The translations under genes were made by a program, and so were the position numbers. This document shows positions 42,716-59,530 of a stretch of DNA of 64,000 bases, one piece after another. This DNA comes from the human T2T-CHM13v2.0 reference genome, Homo sapiens. Numbering within the stretch: the first letter of the stretch is position 1; every line of letters starts with the position of its first letter. Location of the stretch: NCBI RefSeq assembly GCF_009914755.1, contig NC_060927.1; one strand, written 5' to 3'. The notes under the pieces were generated by a model, which did no database searches, was not told where the DNA came from, and saw only the letters and a program-made list of their open reading frames with translations.

Positions 42716-42955
42716 AATAAAAGCCTGTAGCTAAGGTTTACAGTGGACATTAGCCAGATCATTTTCTTCTTAGATTATGCCATAATCTCCTTTGATTCTT
42801 ATGGAAGTTCTAACAATATATGGTGGTTCCAACACCTGCAGTGAGTTTAATGACTGACTTAGTAGCAGGTACAAGAAGCAAACTTGTTAATATAGATTAT
42901 TTTTGTATTCTTACTTTAGGTATTTTCTTGAGCATTTTCCATGACTGTAAATAAA
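42716..42955 (+). terminator. KIF15 3' UTR polyadenylation signals (two AATAAA)
   Basis: AATAAA at 42716-42721 and 42950-42955 downstream of stop. Confidence 0.75.
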
Positions 42956-43114
42956 GCCATTTTTTAAGATAATAATTAAAGTGACTTACATTGTTCATTC
43001 TGTTGTTCATTGAACACATACTTAATGAACACCTGCAATATGCCAGGCACTAATCATCAGTGAACAAAGCAAATCTTGCCCTCAAGGAACTTCTGTGTAT
43101 TGGGCCTTCTTTCT

Positions 43115-44150
<1,036 letters not shown>

Positions 44151-44338
44151 GAAAAAATTGTAATGCATAGTTGAACTCTCAAGGAATAATAAATAGTAAA
44201 TCCGTAAGGGCCAAAAATGAAAAAGGAACTTTAATGTAGTATTAAATATAAGGTAGCGAGCAGACACTGCAACTGCCTCAGAGGTAGAAGAAGGTGGAAT
44301 ATTGAAGCTGATAATGAAGAGGCTTGGTTCTGATCACC

Positions 44339-44723
44339 TGTATCAGCTGTAGAGCTGCTATAACAAATGACTACAAACTGGGTGGCTTAAAACAACAGAA
44401 ATCTATTTTCTGACAGTTCTGGAGGCGAGCAGTCCAAAATCAAGGTGTGAGTAGGGCCACAGTCTCTCAGAGCCATAGGGGAGAATCTGTTCCATGCCTT
44501 TCTCTTAGCTTCTGGTGTTGTCAGGAATCCTTGGTGTTCTTCCTTGTGCCTCTATCTCTTCTTAGAAAGACACTAGTCATATTGGATTAGAGCCTACCCT
44601 AAGGATCTCATCTTAATTTGATTATAACTATAATGACCCTATTTCCAAATAAAGTCATATCACAGGTACCAGGGGTTAAGACTTCAACATATCTTTTTAA
44701 GGGACACAATTCAACCCAGAACA
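44339..44723. mobile_element. MLT1-type MaLR LTR
   Basis: gctgctataacaaatgactacaaactgggtggcttaaaacaacagaaat...gggacacaattcaaccc. Confidence 0.8.
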
Positions 44724-44742
44724 TCACTCATTGCAAGGAAAG

Positions 44743-45201
44743 TGTCACATGTGTCTGTGTGAAGAGACCACCAAACAGGCTTTGTGTGAGCAACAGGCTG
44801 TTTATTTCACCTGGGTGCAGGTGGGCTGAGTTTGAAAAGAGAGTCAGCAAAGTGTGGTGTGATTATCGTTAGTTCTTATAGGTTTTGGGATAGGTGGTGG
44901 AGTTAGGAGCAATGTTTTGCAGGCAGGGGGTGGATCTCACAAAGTACATTCTCAAGGGTGGGGAGAATTACAAAGAAACTTCTTAAAGGTGGAGGAGATT
45001 ACAAAGAACCTTAAGGGTGGGGGAGATTACAAAGTACATTGATCAGTTAGGGTAGGGCAGAAACAAATCACAATGGTGGAATGTCATCAATTAAGGCTAT
45101 TTTCACTTCTTTTGTGGATCTTCAGTTGCTCAGGCCATCTGGATATATATGTGCAGGTCACAGGAAATATGATGGCTTAGCTTGGGCTCAGAGGCCTGAC
45201 G
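44743..45201 (-). mobile_element. LTR7-family 3' LTR of HERV-H
   Basis: reverse complement reads (C)GTCAGGCCTCTGAGCCCAAGCTAAGCCATCAT...GTGACA; polypurine tract adjacent at 45202-45216; AATAAA at 44801-44806. Confidence 0.93.
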
Positions 45202-48200
45202 TTCCTGTCTTCTTATATTAATAAGAAAAGCAAAACAAAATAGTGATGAAGTGTTGGAGTGGCGAAAAATTTTGGGGGTGGTATAGAGAGATAATGGGCA
45301 ATGTTTCTCAGGGCTGCTTCAAGTGGGCTTAGGGGCAGCGTGGGAACCTACAGTGGGAGAGATTCAATTGAAGAAAGATTTTGGGGTGAGGGGTGATATT
45401 GTGGGGTTGTTAGAAGGAGGATTTGTCGTATAGAATTATTGGTGATGGCCTGGATGTGGTTTTGTATGAATTGAGAAACTAAAGACACAAGGTCCAAATA
45501 AGAGAAGGAGAAAAACAGATATTAAAGGACTAAGAATTGGGAGGACGCAGGACATCCAATTAGAGAGCATCCAAGGGGATTTAGTGTAATTGATTGGTTG
45601 GTTGGTGAGTTTTTGGGCTCTATTTTTGAGAGTTCTTTTTTTTTAAGTTGAGGCTGAGCTTGGTGAGGTGTGTTTTTAAAAGACCATTAGTCCGTTCTAC
45701 CTTTCCTGAAGATTGAGGATGGTAAGGGGTATGAAGGTTTCACTGAATACCAAGAGCCTGAGAAACTGCTTGGGTGATTTGACTAATAAAGGCCGGTCCG
45801 TTATCGGACTGTATAGAGGTGGGAAGCCCAAACCCAGGAATTATGTCGGACAAAAGGGAAGAAATGACTGTGATGGCCTTCTCAGACCCTGTGGGAAAGG
45901 TGTCTACCCATCCAGTGAAAGTGTCTACCCAGACCAAGAGGTATTTTAGTTTCCTGACTCGGGGCATGTGAGTAAAGTCAATTTGCCAGTCCTGGGCAGG
46001 GGCAAATCCCCAAACTTGATGTGTAGGGAAGGGAGGGGGCCTGAACAATCCCTGCGGAGTAGCAGAATAGCAGATGGAACACTGAGAAGTGATTTCTTTG
46101 AGGACAGATTTCCACGATGGAAAGGAAATGAGAGGTTCTAAGAGGCGGGTTAGCGGCTTGTAACCTACATGGAAGAGGTTATGAAATGACGATAGAATAG
46201 AATGGGCCTGTGAGGCTGGAAGGAGATATTTTTCTTGGTCCAAGAACCATTTGCCTTGTGTGGGGAGAGACTGACAGGTGGAAGTTTCAGTGGGAAAGTA
46301 GGTGGGAGTGACTGATGAGACGGAGAAAAACTGGCCATGAGGGACAGAAGTTGGAAGGCTAGGTGCTTCTTTAGCTACCTTATCAGCATAAGCATTGCCC
46401 TGAGCGATAGGATCTGATGCCTTTTGGTGGCCCTTGCAGTGTATGACTCCAGCTTCCTTTGGAAGTAAAGCGGCCTTGAGAAGAGTTTTTATTAAGGAGG
46501 CCTTAATGATGGAGGACCCTTGCGTAGTGAGGAAACCTCTTTCTGCCCATATAACAGCATGGTGGTGCAGGGTATGGAAGGCATAGAGTCAGTATAAATA
46601 CTGACACGTAGTCCTTTTGCAAGAGTGAGGGCCTGAGTTAAGGCAGTGAGTTCGGCTTGCTGAGAGGTAGTGGAGGAGGGCAGAGCGGTAGCCTCAATGA
46701 TAGATGTGGAAGATACTACAGCATAGCCTGTTTTGCTGGTGAGTGGCAATTAGGCCTGGTGGAACTGCCATCAGTAAACCAAGTGTGATCAGGATGAGGA
46801 ACAGGAAAGAAGGAAATATAGGGAAATGGAGTGAATGTCAGGTGGATCAGAGAGATACAGTCATGGGGGTCTAGTTTGGTATCCAGAATAATGTGGGAGG
46901 CCGGACTGAAGTCCGGGCCAGAAAAATGGTAACTGTGGGAGACTCAACAAAGAGTGAGGATAGCTGAAGGAGTCGGGAAGCAGAAAGTATATGCATCAAG
47001 TGGGAGGAAGAAAATAGATTTTGGAAATTATGAGAACTGTAGAAAGTGAGTTGAGCATAGTTTGTGATTTTTAGGGCCTCTAAAAGTATTAGGGCAGCAG
47101 CAGCCGCTGCACGGAGACATAATGGCCAGCCTAAAACAGTAAGGTCAAGTTGTTTGGACAAAAAGGCTATGGGGCGCGGTCCTGGTCCTTGTGTAAGAAT
47201 TCCGACTGCACAGCCCTGCACTTTGGCTGTGTGTAATGAAAAGGGTTGGGATGAGTCACAGAGAGCTAGTGCAGGAGCAGTCTCTAAAGCTGTCTTCAAG
47301 GAACGGAAAGAGGAGTGGGGAAAAGATTTAGGATCTATAGGGTCGGCTAGATTTCCTTTTGTGAGTTTATTTAACGGTTTTGTTAGGATGGCAAAACCAG
47401 GTATCCAAAGTCGAAAGTATCCAACCATGTCCAGGAAGGAAAGGAGTTGTTGTTTTGTAGAAGGGGTTGGGGTTTGAGAGATCAGTCAGACACGATCGGC
47501 AGAGAGAGCACGTATGTTTTTATGAAGAATTATGCCGAGGTAGGTAACGGATGGAGAAGAAATTGAGCTTTGGAGGGGGATACCCAATATCCCTTGGAGA
47601 ATAAATGTTGAAGGAGCAGGAGGGTGTCCTGTTGAGAAGATTCAAAGGAGGGGCTACAAAGTAGAAGGTCATCAATATATTGAATAAGGTGAGAAGCAGA
47701 AGGGTGGAAAGAAAGTAAATCAAGAGAAAGAGCTTGGCTGAAGTAATGAGTGCTGTCCCTGAAGCCTTGCGGCAGTACAGCCCAGGTAAGCTGCTGGGAC
47801 TGATGGGTGTCAGGGTCAGTCCAGGTAAAAGCAGAGGCTGGGACGAGGGGTGTAGGGGAATAGTGAAAAAAGCATCTTTAAGATCAAGAATGGAATAGTG
47901 AGTTGTGGAGGAAGGTATTGAGGACTAAAGAGTGTACAGGTTGGGCACTACAGGGTGGATAGGCAAAATAATTTGGTTGATAAGGCGCAGATCCTGAACT
48001 AACCTGTAAGACTTGTCCGGTTTTTGAATAGGTAAAATGGGAGAATTGTAAGGAGAGTTTATAGGTTTTAGAAGCCCATGCTGTAGCAGGCGAGTGATAA
48101 CAGGCTTTAATCCCCTTAAAGCCTGTTGTGGGATGGGATACTGGCATTGAGCAGGGTAAGGGTGATTAGGTTTTAATGGGATAGTAATGCGCGTGTGATG

Positions 48201-49097
48201 GGTTGCCAGGGAGGGAGTGGAGGTGTCCCATACTTGTGGGTTAAGGTGGGGGGGATACGAGAGGAAGACACAAAGGAGGCTTTCGGTTGGGAAGAAGGGT
48301 GGCAATGAGATGTGGCTGTAGTCCAGGAATAATCAGGGAAGCAGATAATTTGGTTAAATATTTCAGCCTAATAAGGGAACTGGGCAAGTGGGGATAACTA
48401 AAAAGGAGTGCATTAAAGAACGTTGTCCAAGTTGGCACCAGAGTTGGGGAGTTTTAAGAGGTTTAGAAGCCTAGCCGTCAATACCCACAACAGTTATGGA
48501 GGCAAGGGAAACAGGCCCTTGAAAAGAAGATAATGTGGAGTTGGTAGCCTCTGTATTGATTAAGAAGGGGATGGACTTATCCTCCACTGTAAAAGTTACC
48601 CGAAGCTCGGTGTCCGTGACGGTCCAGGGGGCCTCCAAGGCGATCGGGCAGCATCAGTCTTCAGCTGCTAAGCTGAGAAGATATGGGAAGGAGTCAGTCA
48701 GAGAGCCCCGGGCCAGAGTTCCAGGGGCTCTGGGAGTGGCTGCAGGGCAAGCTGGACAGTCTGATTTCCAGTGGGGTCCCGCACAGTTGGGACACGGCTT
48801 AGGAGGAATCCCAGGGCTGTGGGCATTTCTTGGCCCAGTGGCCAGATTTATGGCACTTTAAGCAAGCTCCTGTGGGAGGCGGTCCTGGAGGAAAGCCTGG
48901 CCACTGCGGTTCAGACGTTTTGAAGTTCTTGTGTGCTGGAGATGTGGCTGGGGTTTCTCTCACAGTGGAGGCAACTAATTGCAACTCAGAAAAACATTGC
49001 TACTTGGCTGCCTTTACTCTATTATTGTACACCTTGAAGGCGAGGTTAATTAGGTCCTGTTGTGGGTTTTGAGGGCTGGAATCTAATTTTTGGAGCT
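45202..49097 (-). mobile_element. HERV-H internal region (partial gag, pro, pol; env largely deleted), 5' end missing
   Basis: ORF fragments: integrase WQIDFTHM/SDNGPAF (45740-46243), RNase H (46492-46749), RT connection (46871-47428), RT YRLVQDLR (47925-48305), Gag zinc knuckle CLKCHKSGHWAKKC (48799-48984). Confidence 0.93.
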
Positions 49098-49100
49098 GGC

Positions 49101-49560
49101 GGCTTGGGTGCGGTGGCTCATGTCCGTAATCCCAGCACTTTGGGAGGCCAAGGTGGGTGGATCACTTGGGCCCAGGGGTTCAAGACCAGCCTGGGCCACA
49201 TGTCAAAATCCTGTCTATACAAAAAATACAAAAATTAGCCAGGCATGATGCACCCATAGTCCCTGCTACTCAGGAAGCTGAAGTGGGAGAATCACTTGAG
49301 CCCAGCAGGTTGAGGCTGCAGTGAGCTATGATCCACCACTGTACTCCAGCCTGGCAGACAGAGCAGGACCCTGTCTCAAAAAATACATATATATATAATC
49401 TGGGCTTGATGGTACCTGCCTGTAGTCTTAGTTACTCAGGAGGCTGAGCTGAGAGGATGGCTTCAGCCTGGGAGCTCAAGGCTGAAGTGAGCCATGATTA
49501 CACCATTGCACTCTAGCCTGGGTGACAGAGAGACTCTGTCTCCCTCTAAAAACAAACAAA
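49101..49560 (+). mobile_element. AluJ-like dimer plus following right-arm monomer
   Basis: 49101-49385 and ~49400-49560. Confidence 0.85.
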
Positions 49561-50098
49561 ATTCAGTCTAGCTCTAGACCTAATGAGAATCTTCATCTTA
49601 GCAAGATCCCTAGGTGATGTGTGTACACAGGAGTTTCTTAGAGGCAGAAATCACTTCCCAGCAGTGTCTGAGGATGGCATCACTTCAGCCATCATCACCA
49701 GGGCTGGGGACCTGGAGATTAACAACGATGTAGTCCCTGCCCTCAAGGAGCTTGCAGGCTAGCAGAGAAACAGACAACCAGAGGAACAACCACAGGACTG
49801 GTACAAAGGTAGGGGAGTAGCAGAGACGGCTTTACAGAGGAGGTGGCTCTGAGATGCTTAACCTTTAGTGCTAGTAGAGGCATCGTTTGTTCTAAGAAAA
49901 TTTGCTTTACATTCTTTAAAGCATGCAGAGTTGATCAATGCAACACCTCTTGATTTCCTGATAAGAGCTTTCAGAGGGTATCATCTTTGAGCAGCTCCTT
50001 ACTCAATGGAGTGGTGCAGTGAGACCTCTGAGCCTCAATTTCCTCATCTGCAAAATGGGACAGTTTGTACCATATTGGCGTTACTGAAATTATCCGTG

Positions 50099-50390
50099 TT
50101 TTTTTTTGAGACAGAGCCTTACTCTGTCACCCAGGCTGGAGGGCAGTGGTGCAATTTCGGCTCACTGCAACCTCTGCCTCCTGGGTTCAAACAATTCTCT
50201 GCCTCAGCTTCCCAAGTAGCTGGGAATACAGGTGCCCGCCACCACACCCAGCTAATTTTTTTTGTATTTTTAGTAGAGATGGAGTTTCACCATCTTGACC
50301 AATCTGGTCTTGAACTCCTGACCTCGTAATCCACCCACCTTTGGCCTCCCAAAGTGCTGGGATTACAGGCGTGAGCCACCGTGCCTGGCC
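50099..50390 (-). mobile_element. AluS
   Basis: reverse dimer, TSD ttatccgtg. Confidence 0.9.
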
Positions 50391-50626
50391 TTATCCGTGC
50401 TTTTATTTGAGCCACAAAACCACCCTGTGAGAGAAGCAGCATGGTGTGGAAGGACTTCCATAAAAACTTGCTAAACAGAAGATACAAAAAGAATGCTGCT
50501 AAACAGTATGTTCAACTGTGAAATCATTTTTGTTTAAAAAATGCATATACATATTCTATAATTTTTTTAACATTTTAACTATATATAACTAAATAGACAT
50601 ATAGAAAAATGCTCTATTAACACTGA

Positions 50627-51019
<393 letters not shown>

Positions 51020-51571
51020 TAAACATACGTAAGTATAACAGGAGATTAGAAGTCATGTTGATTCTGCGTGTATTGATTATGGATCATTGTCTTCCTCTCA
51101 TCGCAGATCCTCATTTTTTCGGTTTTCTGTGATGCGCTTGTCCCCATATGGGGCTCTGGCGTCTTTCTGGGTCTGGAGGTCCCCAGCGCCCTCTGCCGAG
51201 GCATCTCTTGGTCCGGCGGTCCTCAGGCTGGAGGGTGGAGCGGAGAAGCCTGGTCGACGTGGATGGACTCGGTGGGCCGGCGCGGGGCCCGTTAGGCATC
51301 TTTAATAAGTTTCACCGGGAGCCGGGTGGCCGGGATGGAGACGGCTAAGCCGCGAGAAGTTTACCTTCTACCACAGCGTCCACAGTACCCGGCTTGGCCT
51401 CAGGCCTCGGGTCCCGACGTCCTCCCCAGAGCACAAACCTACTACAGGTTAGGCCGGAGGCCGCCACAGCCCAGGGTCTCTGCCACCTGGCCCGCCCCCT
51501 CCGAGGCGCCGGAGAGCGATTCCCAAGGGGCCTGCCGGAGCGTGGCGTCACAGGAGCGTCGCGTCACGTGA

Positions 51572-52123
<552 letters not shown>

Positions 52124-52749
52124 TAAAACCTTTTCTCCGGTTGGGCTAGTTCGCTCTCGGGGAAGAACTACACCTCCTACATCCACCCTCTACCTCTCAT
52201 TTTAAGTCCCTTGTGCCTGAGCATTTCTCTCCACGTGACTCTTAAGGTGAGAAGCCTCTTGCCCATCCCTTTACTCCGTAATTAACGGGTGTTGTGACCA
52301 GATGACCAGTCTGCCCCACTACCAGGAAAATTGGGAGTTTGGGATACTGTAGGCATAAGAGGATACTGACAGAGACGTTCTGGATGTTTTCCTGACGCTG
52401 AGAACTCCTAAACTTGCATCCTGGCGTCTGCTAAGGTGTATCTCTGCCTCTCCCTCCCACGTCGTAGACCAGCCTCTGCTTGCTATAGGGGTTTCATTGC
52501 GTCTGCAGCCCAAGGTTAGCCTCTGACCTGGACAGTGGTCACTGATTATTTAGGGTTAAGCCTATTTAGGGCTAATCCAGTAGTAGCTGCCATGCTTCAG
52601 GTTAGTATCCCATTGGGTGTAGTTCATGGGGTAAGTGGTCGAAAGTAAAATGAATAACTTTGTATGGGCCGTGAAGTTTGTTGTCAGGAACTAGACCTTC
52701 ATAACCCTTTAAGCAGGTTGCCACTGGCCCATATGCTGCTTTGTGTAAG

Positions 52750-52927
52750 ACAAGGTTGTCCAACTCGCGGCCCAACGCAAATTTGCAAATTTAAAACATG
52801 AATTTTTTTGCGATTTATTATTTTTTTTTTAGCTCATCATATATCATTAGTGTTAGTGTATTATATGTGTGACCCAAGACAGTTCTTCCAGTGTGGCCCA
52901 GGGAAGCCAAAAAATTGAACACCCTGG
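52750..52927. mobile_element. MER30-like DNA transposon in TMEM42 intron 1
   Basis: tcattagtgttagtgtattatatgtgtgacccaagacagttcttccagtgtggcccagggaagccaaaa. Confidence 0.75.
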
Positions 52928-53905
52928 TGTAAGTTATAAGCAAGCACCTTTTTCTCAAGACACTATGTGTTCAGCTGCTGAGAAACCATTACAAGTAATA
53001 AGTATATTTAGATTCCGCACCCCCCCCCCCCCCCCCGCCGCCTTGTCTCCAGGCAGGTTTCTAACTCACCACCAAGCAAGGGGGACTGCATATCCTTTGT
53101 GTAGGAGGCTTCTAAAGATCTTCTCTTCTCTTGAGACTTTCTCCTTTAAAAAAAAAGAAAGAAAATACCTGCAAGTTCTCCAAGGGATGTCTGGGATCAC
53201 TAAATAGTCTGAGGTGGTGTTTCCCTCAGGCAAGGCTGTGCCCTAGTTAAGAGCATGGAGGTACACTGCCTGCTTGTGAAGCCTGGTGGCTCTCACCGCT
53301 GTAGCACTTTAGGAAGGTTACTTAATGCCCCTGGCTCTTTATCTGTAAAATGAAGTTAAGGAATAAATGAGAATGCTTAAACACAGCCCAGGACCTAACA
53401 CAGAGTAAAAGCTCAAGAATACCCAGAGGGGGTCAGCCTTAGTGGGCTGTAACTTGTATAGGATTTGGGGGTGGGAATACAGAGCAGACATTGCTAATTC
53501 ATGCTTTGCCTGATCTCAAGAAATAAGAACTCTACCCTAGGCTTACTACCTACGGAGTAAGAACTACTTGGCCCTCTGGGACTGATCTTCAAGCACTGGT
53601 CATTGTGGGACCAATAAGGGGCCGGTGTTCAGTAGAAAATACTGGCTTTGGATTAGCATTTTGCTTCTTCCCAAGATCATATGGCCAGCAAGGTGGCCAA
53701 ATGAGTATCTTCTCTGAATTTGCTTTATTTGTAAGATGGGTCTGCTGCCCACTGAGGGTTAAGTGAAGCCCTGTGCAGGAAAGCTCTGAGGCCCTCTGAG
53801 CTGTAGTGGGAGCTCAGTAGGAGCCTGGGTGCCAGCAACCACAGTCCTGGGTGTGCTTTGAGGGGGTCTGCAGGTTGCTGCCCAGGGTGGACGTGGCTGC
53901 AGTGA

Positions 53906-54169
<264 letters not shown>

Positions 54170-54685
54170 TGAAGCAGAGGTTGGGCTGTGGCTTGACCCC
54201 TGGATGAGTGCTCTATTCATGGAGCAAATGTAATTCTAATCATGGAAGAATTCTTAAGTTAGATATGAGTGAAGCCTGACAGTAAAAAGCCTACTTGCTT
54301 GCTGTTCCTCCAGGGTGGAGCCCTCATTCTGAAGTCACTGTGCATCCTAGCTGTTTCCTAGGGTTCTGTGTACTCAAGGCTCCATGGCATTTAGAGGGTT
54401 GGGATTCCCAGAAACTTTTCTGCCCTGTGTAGTCTGAGGTTGACAAGATGGAGCTGAGCGTAGTCAATCTTGAGTTGAGGGAGAAACAAATACCATGTAC
54501 CTGCTGTGTCTACCTGCTGGCATCTGCTGGGTCTTTCTTGTGTACTTTGCTGAGGTCCAGTGCAGTGAGGGAGGTAGCCTCTCCACTCATGCAGGGGAGA
54601 TTGAATAGAGTGACTTGATGAAGGTGACAGCTAGGTTTCAAGCCCAAGGCTTCTGGCTCCAGACCTTTCCTCCTGGCACCCTTAG

Positions 54686-54904
<219 letters not shown>

Positions 54905-55361
54905 CACCACTTGGCTAGACGGACCAGCTGGAAAGATCATGATGGTGGCCCAGCCTTGGGATGTCATGTGGGACTGTGTCCTAGGGCGATCCAGTTGTGC
55001 AGCCTTCTGACCATCAGCCAAGGGAAGCAGGCCTCTGATGGAGCAGGCTCTGGCTCTGTAAGGAGAGGTGCAGCTGCAGCAGTGTTCTACCGGAAGTGTT
55101 TTGATCATCTGTACAGTGCTTTGGATTCTTCCTCCCAGGCCTACCCCAGTGAGCCTTCGCAGATGCTGGAGATCCTGGGGTTGGTCTGCTTTGTGTATGG
55201 TACTTGAAACCACGCTGTAATTATTGTCCTGTTGCCAAACAAAAGCCAGTCATGTAACTCTAGAAGCAGTGACTGGTGGGGCTTTCTGACAGTTCCATGC
55301 TGATGTATCAGGCCATCTGTGTCATGCTTATGTATTATGGCAAGAAGAGGAAAACTGGATT

Positions 55362-55367
55362 AATAAA
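55362..55367 (+). terminator. TMEM42 polyadenylation signal
   Basis: AATAAA ~460 nt after stop, T-rich downstream. Confidence 0.8.
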
Positions 55368-55713
55368 TACGTTTTTTGTAAGTTAAAACTACCAGGTACG
55401 GTATCTTAATTCTTTCCTTCCCTTTGGAGTAAGAGGGAGCCAGAGTGAGCTGAAATCCCGATGTGGAGGAGGCAGGAGAGTGAGGCAGGTACAGAAGCCT
55501 TGTGGCTTCGGTTGCTCTGACACCTGCTAGAGCTTGATCTTGTGGTTACTTCCTGAGGTCACACAGGCTAAGGCTCTTTGAACTGCACAGGGTCTGTTCA
55601 TTCTCCTGGTGCTCTCAAGGAGAAAAGTTTGACCTCCCTTTGGAGACCTTGTTTTACTTGGGAAAGAAAGTGGTTCAGAGGTCCCTCCATTCCCTGCCAC
55701 TCTGTTCCTCTAG

Positions 55714-56096
<383 letters not shown>

Positions 56097-57689
56097 CCCT
56101 TGTTCTTTTTGTATCTTAGACCATGTGAATGTAATTCCTAGTTCAAAGTGGGCTGTGTGCTGCCTGCACACTTTCCCAGCACAGAGCCTGAAGCCCGGCA
56201 CTTACCTGCCTCACTTCTCCCCTGGGGTGTCCGAGGGCCCTCTCAGCTCTCCTGAGTCTGATCTCTGGCCCCAAGTCTTCTTCATACATTTCCTGCAGTT
56301 GAGAGGGACCTGGTAGCCAGGAGGCTAGGAGAGCGAAGGGTCTTGTCCAGACCCTCCTCCTCGCCCATGTAGCACCTTCATTGCTCTCCTCCCTTACTGT
56401 GGTCAGCACAATTGACAGAATGAGCTTACTAAAACCATTCCACAGCTCCTTCTGATGGGGATCTGGCCCTAGCCCACCACTCCAACAAGAGTTCTCTTCC
56501 GCAATGACTCCTTAGTACCCATCTCCCTCATGCTAGCCCCACCATGCTGAGTCCCCCCAGACATCTGCAGGTCAGCCATTCTCAAATCCACCATGTCCAG
56601 TCCTGCCAACATGTTTTGTACTTGCTCTTACCCTTGCCTTGGGTTCCCTTTACCTTCACCTCTCGCTGGCAAACTCCTGCTCTTCAAAACCCTTGAGCTC
56701 CCATGGGGGCCAGGACAAAGCTGTAATTCACAGAATGTTAATCATTTAGCTCCACTTTGACACATTGCCTCCCAGCCAACCCGTGAGGGAGTTACTCTTG
56801 TTCCTGTATTAGAGGTGAGGAAACTAAGGCTTGGGGAAGTGGAATAATTTGCCTGACATCACACAGCTGAGGAGTGCCAGAACCACAATGTCAGCCCGAT
56901 CTGACTGGGCTCAGCTCAGTCCCTACCTCTGTCCTGCTTCCCACACCAACACCTGAAAACTCAGAGAGGCCCTGCAGTAAGGGGCCTGTTCCATACTGTG
57001 ACTCAGCATGCCCAAACCTCAGAACCCTTTGGTCACCAGCCACCTACCTTTTCTTAGGGGCTCTAGTGTTGATCTCCCTGATCTAGTCTGACCCCACCAT
57101 TCTACCAGTGAAGAAGCTGAAGGATATTCAAGGCTTTCCAGGGTGTGTTCACCATATGGGTCAGACACCCAGCCAAGGCCAGACCTGAAGGCTGCTGATA
57201 GCTGGTGGTCGGCCTCCCTGGGCAGTTAGTGAAAAGGGCAGAAAGAAGTCCATCTTGGAGCAAGCATTGTCCTGAGAGGACCTGGCCTCCCATCCAGACA
57301 CTTGCTTAATGCATAGAGATGGTTGGTGTTGACGTGGAACCCTATCACTCAATTCAACAAATATGCCTGTATTTGTACAAGATGTACAAGATGTATTTGT
57401 AGAAGACGTATATTTGTACAAGATGTAAGATTTTTTCTAAGAGGAAGATCAGTCATTCTTCAAAAAGCAGGAAGATACAACTCTATAGTCATCTAAAAAG
57501 TTGAGGAAACGTTCACTGTATTTATTTTCCTCATTTCAGAGGTTTATTGATAAGAATAAACTATATCAATACTATATCAATATTTGTCTTTTTGGTGTGC
57601 ATCTTGGATGATGGATTGAACTTTGTTTGCTTGGAGCTGGCAATTTGACATCCAGGTTCAAAGGCCTGATAGGTCATTCCTTTCGTTTA

Positions 57690-59530
57690 ATTTTATTTTT
57701 TAACTTACTCTTTTTAAAAGTGTGCAATTCAGTAGTATTTTAGTAGATTCACAAAGTTTTCGACCATTACCGCTAGCTAATTCCAGAACATTTTTATCAC
57801 TCCAAAAGAAATTCTCATACCCATTAGCAGTCATTTTGTATTCCATCCTCCCCCAGGCCCATGGCAATCAAGGATCCACTTTCTGTCTATAGATTTGCCT
57901 GTTGTGGACATTTCATATAAATGGATTATACAACATCAATATATGGCCTTTTGGGTCTTTTTTCACCTAGCATAGTGTTTTCAAGGCTCATTCATGTTGT
58001 AGCATGAATCAGTTATTCATTCCTTTTTATGACTGAATAATACTCCATTGTGTGGATCTACCACATTATGTTTATACATTCATCTTTTGATAGACATTTG
58101 GCTTGTTTCCCTTTTCTATTCTATTCTAATTTTCTATTAGAATAATGCTGCTTTGAACAATTGTGTACACGTTTTTGTGTGAACATGTTTTCAATTCTAT
58201 TGGGTATATACCTAGGAATGGAATTGCTGATATAACTATGATACAATATGAGATAACATGTACAGAGGAGAGGTCATTTGAGGACATAGCAAGAAGGAGA
58301 GAAGGCAAGCCAGGAAAAGGGCCCTCATCAGAACCTGAATTTGCCAGCACATTGATCATGGACTTCCCAGCCTGCAGAACTGTGAGAAAATAAATATCTG
58401 TTGTTTAGGTCATGCAGTCTGTGGTATTTGTTATGGCGGCATGAGCTGACTGATACAACCCAAATGGCCATCCATATTCATCTATGGAATACTACTCTTC
58501 AGTAAAAAGGAAGAGAGTATTGATACATGCTATCACAAGGAGAATCATAAAATAATTATGCTAAGTGAAAGAAGCCAGACCCAAAAAGAATATATACCAT
58601 ATAGTTCCATTTATATGTAATTAAAAAGAAAAAAAGGCAAAACTTCAGTGACAGAAGGCAGATCAGTGGTTGCTTAGGGCTGGGAATCAGGGCAAGAAGG
58701 AACTTTTTAGGATGATGGCTCTTTTCTACATCTTGATCATAGTGGTCATTACACAACTGTATAAAACTAACATTCTATACTTAAAGTGGGTGAATTTTAT
58801 TGGATATAAACTATACCTCAATAAAGCTAGGGGGAACTCAGTAAGATGCCATTGATGCCATTTCATACAAGATTGGCAAAAGTTACAAAGTTGAACAAGC
58901 AAGGCCAATGTTGTGGATCACTGTGAATTCCCATGTGCTACTGCTGGAAGTATAAATTAGTATAACCCTCTGGAAACATTTTACTATCATCTGACAAAAC
59001 AGAAGATGTGCCTACTGTTTGAGCCAGCAATTCCAGTCCTGGAAACTCTCACTTGTGCACAAGGAGACATGAACACACATGCTTGTTGCAGCAGTGTTTA
59101 TAACTGAGAAAAATGTAAAACAATCTAATATCAATGGGAGAATAGAGAAGTTATAGCATACAGTGTATTGAACACTATACAGTGGTGACAAGCATGAATT
59201 ACATGGAAAAATTACATGAAAAAATCTCAAAATCATAATGTAGAGTGAAAAAAAGTAGAAGGGAGTGTTAAGTATGATAATTTTACAAAAAAATTTAAAA
59301 CCTTCAATACTACTTATTATTTTAGATATCCACGTTTAGTAAGTATTTTTAAATATGCAAGGGAACTTAAATACCAAACTCAGAGTGGTGGTTACTTTGG
59401 GGAGGGAGGAAAGGAAATTGGGGTTGGGAAGGGATATATAAGGGGCTGAGAGCTTCAGTTATAACCCATAAGTTTTATTTCTTGAACTTGATGAGGGAGA
59501 TGTAAGTTTTCATTGCTGTTTTTTTTTGAA
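57690..59530. mobile_element. Cluster of old L1M fragments with an MLT-like piece (~58255-58458)
   Basis: L1M 3' UTR motifs on both strands; gacttcccagcctgcagaactgtgagaaaataaat MaLR motif. Confidence 0.7.

Noticed and set aside
45740-48984. HERV-H pol/gag ORFs as a domesticated gene
   Set aside because: Multiple frameshifts and stops; no intact long frame
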